DNA from: Amoebidium appalachense
Taxonomy: Eukaryota; Protista; Ichthyosporea
Assembly (NCBI GenBank): GCA_963693365.1
Contig: CAVNZM010000012.1
Coordinates: forward strand, 2,108,001-2,172,000
Length of the DNA: 64,000 nt
Direction: 5' to 3'
Position numbers and translations under genes: made by a program. Shown piece after piece: positions 53,230 to 64,000 of the stretch (within the stretch, counting starts at the first letter, position 1; every line of letters begins with the position of its first letter). The notes beneath the pieces are model-generated. The model made no database searches and had not been told where the DNA came from. It was given only the letters and a program-made list of their open reading frames with translations.

Positions 53230-55539
53230 GGTCGCAGCCTACTTCCTCCTTGAAGGGAGAGCTCGGGCTAGAAAAAACAGGGTTTCTACTACGGTGCTAA
53301 GTCCCAAGCACAAATAGAAGGCGAAGACAGGTGTGTGAGAAAAACTCGGGCGATCTCAACCTTGTGACACTTCAGATGAAGTATTGCGCTTCAATAGGTA
53401 GCGTGTTGATTTTGAAAAGAAACGAGTAGCACAGTTCACGGGGTGTAATGGATAACCAAAGTTCGCTGCGAAATGCCAGTAGGTAGGTGCTCCTGAATAT
53501 TATGTTTGATTTTAGGTGATTGAGTCCGGAACTGCAAGATGATCGTGGCAACGCAAACCGACTAGAAGGTGTGTATGCTAGACTTTATGAAGGTTTCTCT
53601 AAGCTGCAACTGCTACTATCTTTGAAACACGACACGCAAATCACTATATCATGGAAGTAAACTCTCAGGAGGAGACAAATGCACACAGTGGGTTTGTCGT
53701 GTTCTTTATTGGGACACTGACTAAGAAGCGATGGCTTATGAGCTCAGCAAGCTTTTCAAGGGTGTTTTTCAAACTTGGATCATTTTCAAAATTTCTGTAG
53801 GCTTTAAATTCTAATAGTTTTCTAACAACATTGAGAGTGAACAGGGCTTGGCAGTTCAGCAGATGGACATAATCTATAGGGCAAGAGACATGGAGCTAAG
53901 ACTTTTTTGTGATGCTTTACTCGTAATAGTTTTTTTTTAATTTGATGAATACTTCTGCTCGTAATCTGCGCTTGATTAAGTGTGTTGTGAATGTGCGACA
54001 CTGGACAGTCGAAAGTATTACAGAATTGCACAAAACATTGCGCCCCCCTAATCTGTGGTGCTTTAGAATGACCGGTGCAAACGAGCAACAAACATGGCTC
54101 TGGGCTTGAGACCGAAACGCTTACTGATTGGTGTTAAGGGGCACAACATAACAAAACACCAATTTAAGTGGTTGTTTGTCATGAAGGCGCAGCACCAAAA
54201 GCATTTCATTTCCGATTGGACTGATGCCTCAGTGATAAGAATGCTGTGGGGAGCAAGAAGGTCGCGAATCCAGCGCTCCATAGGCATGTATACCAACAAC
54301 CGAAATGCTAGTATTTAATAATATTGTTCCGTGAAGTTTTTGTTTTATTTATTTCTAAGCTGCATGTTTTGCTTTTGAAGAAAAACAAAGGTTTTCATGG
54401 GATTCGTGGTGCACTTGTTGGCTCACTTTAGGAATTTGTAATTTGATCGGAAGAATGATGCAATGGTTAGCCAACGCGAACATGATTGGTTTACATGCAC
54501 TAAGATATTTTGTTCTATTGATAGCGTGATTATGTACGAATAGAAATGCAAATTGTTTCCCGCATATCACTGGCATGTAGCTCAGTATTATGCCGGCGTG
54601 GCTGGGGAAGTAGCCCTGGGCAAAGTGTGTACTTATAGTTAGGTTGTGAAGGATGTTTTAGCTTAGCTGAACTCATAGATAGCACCTTAACTAGTGTACT
54701 GTCGGTGCTGTGTGGTAGACGGTAGTTTCCCTAGAGGCCTTGAAAAGGCCCTCCGGGAACAAAACGTGATAAAATAAAATGTAGCTTAGTATTACACATC
54801 TCTTACGATATTCTTTTGCACTGCTTAAAGCATAGCTATCATCAATAAAACAGACGGTTTTTCTCGGATAAATAATAAACTAAGAACACTTTGAGAATAA
54901 ACAAGTAAATCAATTAAATCAAGTATGCCTGCTATTGCGCTATCGTCCAGTATTGTCCATCTACAATAGCGATAGGGTAATGCACTGGTAAGCAATATAG
55001 CCACCAATCGGACGCGAGTACAAAAAGCAGTCCTGGCCGCCTTGGCTCATTGTTTCCAAGTGTTTCATGGCAGCTTTTGATTCGTTTCTTATAATCGTGT
55101 AGCCTCATCCTGCATGCACACGTGTGCTCTAGGCGTGGCACAGCACTGTAAGTAACGAACAGGCACATCATGCAAGGGTATCTAAGGGATTCTTGGTGTC
55201 CAAGGGATTGCTTGTGAGAGAGGGGAAGAGTGGGGGGGAGGGAGCGCTAGCATGCAAGCAGCTGCATATGCATCTGCTGCACAGCTGCTGAGCGGCAGAC
55301 AGACCCAACGTCTCACTTCGTTTTTTCAAACGTGTGTGTTTTTGTTTTGTTGTGCACACTGTGCACACGCATGTGTACACGTGTGTGTGTGTATGACACT
55401 GTGTGTGTGTGTCCGTGTGTGCGTGTGCATGTGTTTGTGTGTTTGTGACTGTGTGTCGACGTCACTGTGTGGTGCGTGTGGGTGTGCGTGACCGTGTGCG
55501 CGCGTGTGTGTGTGAATGTGTGAGTGCGTGCGTGTGTGA

Positions 55540-55621
<82 letters not shown>

Positions 55622-56057
55622 GCGTGTGTGTGACCCTGTGTCTTGTACGTCTGTACGTGACACTTGTGTGCGTGTCTGTGTGTGTATGTGCATGTGTGCG
55701 TTGCGTGTGTGCGTGTGTGCGTGTGGGCGTGTGTTCGTGTGTGTGTGTTGTGTGTGTGTGTGTGTGTGTGTGCGTGTGCGCGCGCGCGCACGTGTGTGTG
55801 CCACCGTGTGTCAGCGTGTGTGCATGGTGTGCGCAATATCAATGTCATGTGCATGTGTGCGTGAGGGTCACAAAACTACGACCTGGTTGTGCACACTGTC
55901 AGTTGCATGCAGTTGGGCTTTTTCATCCGATTTCGAAACGTTTACCTGTGGGGTAGTAATTAATTAGTAGTTAGAGGGGGGGGGGGGGGGGGGGGAGGGG
56001 GGAGGGGGTGACTGTACAGTGACCACCCGCGAGATCTCCCCCTATCGAGGAGTAGGT

Positions 56058-56089
<32 letters not shown>

Positions 56090-56642
56090 CCCTCCTCCCT
56101 CCCCCCAGACCACCACTCCGCTGCTGACTGGGGGATGGGGAGCGAGAGGGGGGACCCACTAACCTTCCGAGGTGGCCTCGCCCCCTCCCGGATCCCCCCC
56201 CCCCCCCACCCCCCACCCACCCCACCAAAAACTTTGACTGCTATTCACGGTCTGGTGTATGGATACATTAAATTGGTCATCAACTTGAAGAGGATGTTAT
56301 ATCGGCACGTTCTCTATCCATTAATTAGCATATCTAAAATTACCAGGTTCGTGACCTGCTTCAACTAGCAAGGCATCCCCCCCCCCCCCCCCCCCCCCCC
56401 CCCTCCTCTCTCGGCCCCCTCCCACCCCACCACCACCACCATGATCACCATGTGCACCATGGCGAACAACCAATTACCGAAGGCCTTTGGCCCGAGGTCT
56501 CCCCTCTCTACACCCTCTAAGATTCAATACCGAGAGCGCAAGTCACCTCCGAGTGACTCGTTTGTAAGACATGACTGAGCTTCTGCCCACTGAAAAATCC
56601 CCCCCCCCCCCCCCCCCCCCCCCCCTTCTCCCTCTCCCCTCC

Positions 56643-56675
<33 letters not shown>

Positions 56676-57097
56676 ACCACCACCACCACCACCACCACTT
56701 TTACTGTCTGCAGGTGTGATTCCCCACACCACCTCCCTCGATTCTTTCCAACCACAAGATTTCTTTCCAACCACAAGACCTAGTGTACACGTGCTGCCTT
56801 TCTTTTTCAAACCGCCATCATGGTGCACTAAGGAGCTCGAGATAATACTATGATACCCGGTCCGGAGCCACCACTAGGTCATGTTGCAATTGGGCTGCAA
56901 GGCATTGGATTAACCGGCACCGGCAATCCACACTGTGACAGGCAAACACACAAACACACAATGTCATACAGTGCCACAGCCACGCACAGTCATACATGTG
57001 CGCGCACACACACACGCACTGTGTGATACACACGCACACACGTGCGCGTGTGCACGCGTATAAACACATACGCACGAATACCAGATACACACATGTA

Positions 57098-57145
<48 letters not shown>

Positions 57146-57442
57146 CGTGACACAGAGAGATAGCCGGGAGAACTGTAACTCGTGCATGCAGACACGCACA
57201 CACGCATACATGCACGCATGCAAGCACGCACAAACACTCACAGGCGCGCTCACAGACCTCCACAAGGTAATATGCTCAAAGTGTGGTCGCATTCATGATG
57301 AGCGCATCATACACGTGGCACACTTTGAAATTCCGAGGCTCCCTCTTTTTTTTTTTACTTGCAATTGCTCCCCGTATTCCCCCACCCTCCCATCCCCCTC
57401 CTCCTCCGCCCTCTCTCTCGCTATCTCCCCCCCCCCCCCCTC

Positions 57443-57475
<33 letters not shown>

Positions 57476-57959
57476 TTCCCCCCCCTCTCTGGCACATGCG
57501 TGCAATGGCACAAGATCGCAAACATCTAAGCCTTGCGTCAACTGCAACACAAACTTTCACTATACGTTTACCTCCATACACCACATTTAAATAGTTGGCA
57601 TTGCCGAATGCATTTGCGCACATGGCATTTGTACATGGATTCAGGCACGCCCACCGTACCATTTGCAACACAAAGTCAACCCATACCCACTTGAATACGG
57701 CACACAAGTTGAACTTGCAGTTGCAGACGCACACGTAATACTATGCGCCTGCAACCTCGCCCAATCAAAGTTTGAGCCTCTGGTCAAAGCCAAGGGAAAC
57801 TTTGTAACTGTTGGTAATTGTTGTGGTGGTAGGGAGGATATGAGGGGGGAGGGGGAACCTACCACCCCGGCGGTCAGCTTGCGGAGAGGGGGTGGGGTGG
57901 GGTGGGTGGGGTGGGTGGGGGGAGAAGAAGACCACTGAGGGGGAACCTCGAAATCTTAC

Positions 57960-57993
<34 letters not shown>

Positions 57994-58046
57994 TTCCCCC
58001 TTTTCAAATGCAAAAAAGCCTTACAGTGCACCGTGGCTTACAACGG

Positions 58047-58125
58047 TTAAAGGGGGTTTCTTCAAGGCCGATTAATAGTCCCTTTCAGGTAAGGCCAAAA
58101 TGCTGCCTTTCCCCCCCCTTTATTA
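58047..58125. mobile_element. Internally deleted copy of the TTAA MITE
   Basis: TTAA|AGGGGGTTTCTTCAAGGCCGATTAATAGTCCCTTTCAGGTAAGGCCAAAATG matches the reverse complement of 47820-47873. Confidence 0.65.
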
Positions 58126-58964
58126 ACCCGATACTCATTTGAACCTTTTTATTTTGGTCTGATTCAGCACCACTTCTTTTTGGTGGGTGTATTATTCACA
58201 GTGACATAGAGAGATATGACGAGTCTCTGAATTAACCTATGAATAACCAAACACAGGGCAGGAATATATTTCTACCCCTCAGTTGCATCCGATTCACACT
58301 CCTTTAAGCAACCACCACCCACATTATTCACTCTACCATATGTATCAGTCACAATATGAAAACCAAACAATAACCAAGCCAATTGCACAACTCATTTCTT
58401 TTTCTATTATAGTCAAAACAGATGGTGGTTAGAATATACACGGCAAGTTATCCCAATATAGTATATACCCCAAAATACCCAGATTAGCCTCGTTACCAGA
58501 CAATGCAACTAACACATGCATTTGATATGTGCTGATGTAAGTATCGAACAACTATGATTTTTGAAAACCAATAGAGGCGCATTCAGACAAATCCCTGACA
58601 ACTAGCACTCATGTACCGCATTACCTTAAAGAGACCGTGTTGTGAGCTAGGAGATGTGTCTATCTCAGTCCCAGATGGTGTACATCCATGCATGACACCG
58701 CCAAATCTTCGAACAATGTGCACACAACAAAATCACGGTGGAATAAAAAACATGTAATCACAAGTGTGAGAGCCAAAAAAGTGGAGCCAGGGTTATCCAG
58801 AAAGATACAGTGGACGACTCGTCATGTTGGTACATCAACGTGTCCCTGAGAAGCGATAGTGAGGGAAGGATAAGCAATAGTGAAACGAAACTTGCATCAT
58901 ACACTCACAAAACAAAACTAGTTCCAACGTTCTCTATCCTCCATCTCACACTCTAACACCTCCT

Positions 58965-63633
<4,669 letters not shown>

Positions 63634-64000
63634 CTACTCAAATCCAGCTCCAGTCAGCTCTTGTGTGCCCAACCCCCCCCCCCCCTCCCCCCTCCCCCCC
63701 CCCCCCCCCCCCCCCCCCCCCACACACCCACCCAAAACAACAACAACAACAACAACCCACCACCACCAACAAACAACAAACAAAAAAGGAGGGGGGTGAT
63801 GGTGGTGGTGGTGGGGGAGGGGGGAGGGGGGGGGGGGGGGGGGAGGAGGGGGGGGGGGGGGAGCAAGTTGAGGACCAAAGGGCCAAGCATTGCTACTTGC
63901 TACGATTTGAATAAATATGGTAGCAGCTCTATCGTAATTAATACAATTGCTCTCTGACCCGCAAGAACCGAGGCCAAGGGTGTGTGTGTTTTTTTTTTTT

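Noticed and set aside
56015-56035. Tc1/pogo-like terminus TA|CAGTGACCACCCGC
   Set aside because: No matching inverted end found nearby.
57575-57810. Cys-rich open stretch with a GT donor
   Set aside because: In-frame stops nearby, no recognisable family and no partner exons.

Overview
Eukaryotic, intron-rich genomic DNA. The animal-like but divergent gene set suggests a unicellular holozoan such as an ichthyosporean (inference). Almost every long ORF in the supplied track is an artefact of (CA)n/(GT)n microsatellites and poly-C/poly-G runs filling the introns. Manual splicing gives eight genes: the 5' part of an HRI-like eIF2-alpha kinase (-), ERp44 (-), a UBE2Q-like E2 (+), two tandem paralogues joining a SEC-C zinc motif to a MYND finger (-), a carnitine/acylcarnitine-type mitochondrial carrier (+), a CREB/ATF-type bZIP factor (-) and the 3' half of a novel-type PKC (-). 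There are also several MITEs (hAT-like, CACTG-like, TTAA/Kolobok-like and a foldback). The most notable observations are: (1) an intron-restricted repeat family, always in the same orientation relative to its host transcript, ending in a branch-point-like ATTC(T)AAC plus poly-C and with a conserved pseudoknot/hairpin in the long copies; (2) many 3' splice sites made only of long (CA)n followed by G, with no U-rich tract; (3) the SEC-C/MYND pair, whose downstream copy lacks exons 1-2 yet keeps all other exons intact; (4) tandem duplications that multiply splice donors; (5) a 1-nt phase mismatch in ERp44.
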